Below, piece by piece: positions 63,846 through 64,000 of a DNA stretch of 64,000 nt. Origin of the DNA: Lingula anatina (lineage: Eukaryota; Animalia; Brachiopoda); assembly GCA_051362555.1 (NCBI GenBank), contig CM120640.1, forward strand, positions 36,909,967 through 36,973,966, written 5' to 3'. The translations under genes were made by a program, and so were the position numbers. The notes under the pieces are model-generated. The model was not told the origin of the DNA and did no database searches. It saw only the letters and a list, made by a program, of their open reading frames with translations. Numbering within the stretch: the first letter of the stretch is position 1; every line of letters begins with the position of its first letter.

Positions 63846-64000
63846 GGTCAATGACACAACCTTGCAGTTATGGATTGTAATTTAAAATATTAATTATTGA
63901 AAACGTGATACTTTGTTTATCAATATAATAACAAAAGGGGTTTAAAGTAAAAGTGACAGTTGTTTTGTGTCTTTAGTTAACTAGTGAATTTTCTCAATTT

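Overview
AT-rich, intron-rich animal genomic DNA, most likely a lophotrochozoan such as a bivalve mollusc (taxon inferred, not proven). The supplied ORF track mostly shows exon fragments or antisense shadows, so genes were rebuilt by hand from splice sites and reading-frame phase. Five spliced genes close in frame: ARF6 (+, 175 aa, with a U12-type intron); PLAA (+, 797 aa); a C2orf73-like probable ciliary gene (-, 239 aa); a 23-exon cell-surface protein of about 1480 aa (-); and SMIM7 (+, 75 aa). The large gene is the standout. Its predicted mature protein starts with His1 of an LPMO-like histidine-brace domain, followed by two EGF repeats, three DOMON domains that all keep the Met/His heme-ligand pair, a SEA domain and mutually exclusive transmembrane exons. 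One DOMON domain is nested inside another, between two Pro/Glu/Gly/Ser/Thr arrays and next to a furin site. This suggests a membrane-tethered copper monooxygenase carrying its own cytochrome-type electron donors (inference). Introns and intergenic DNA hold non-autonomous DNA transposons, a decayed Gypsy LTR/gag, hammerhead-like motifs, palindromes and minisatellites.
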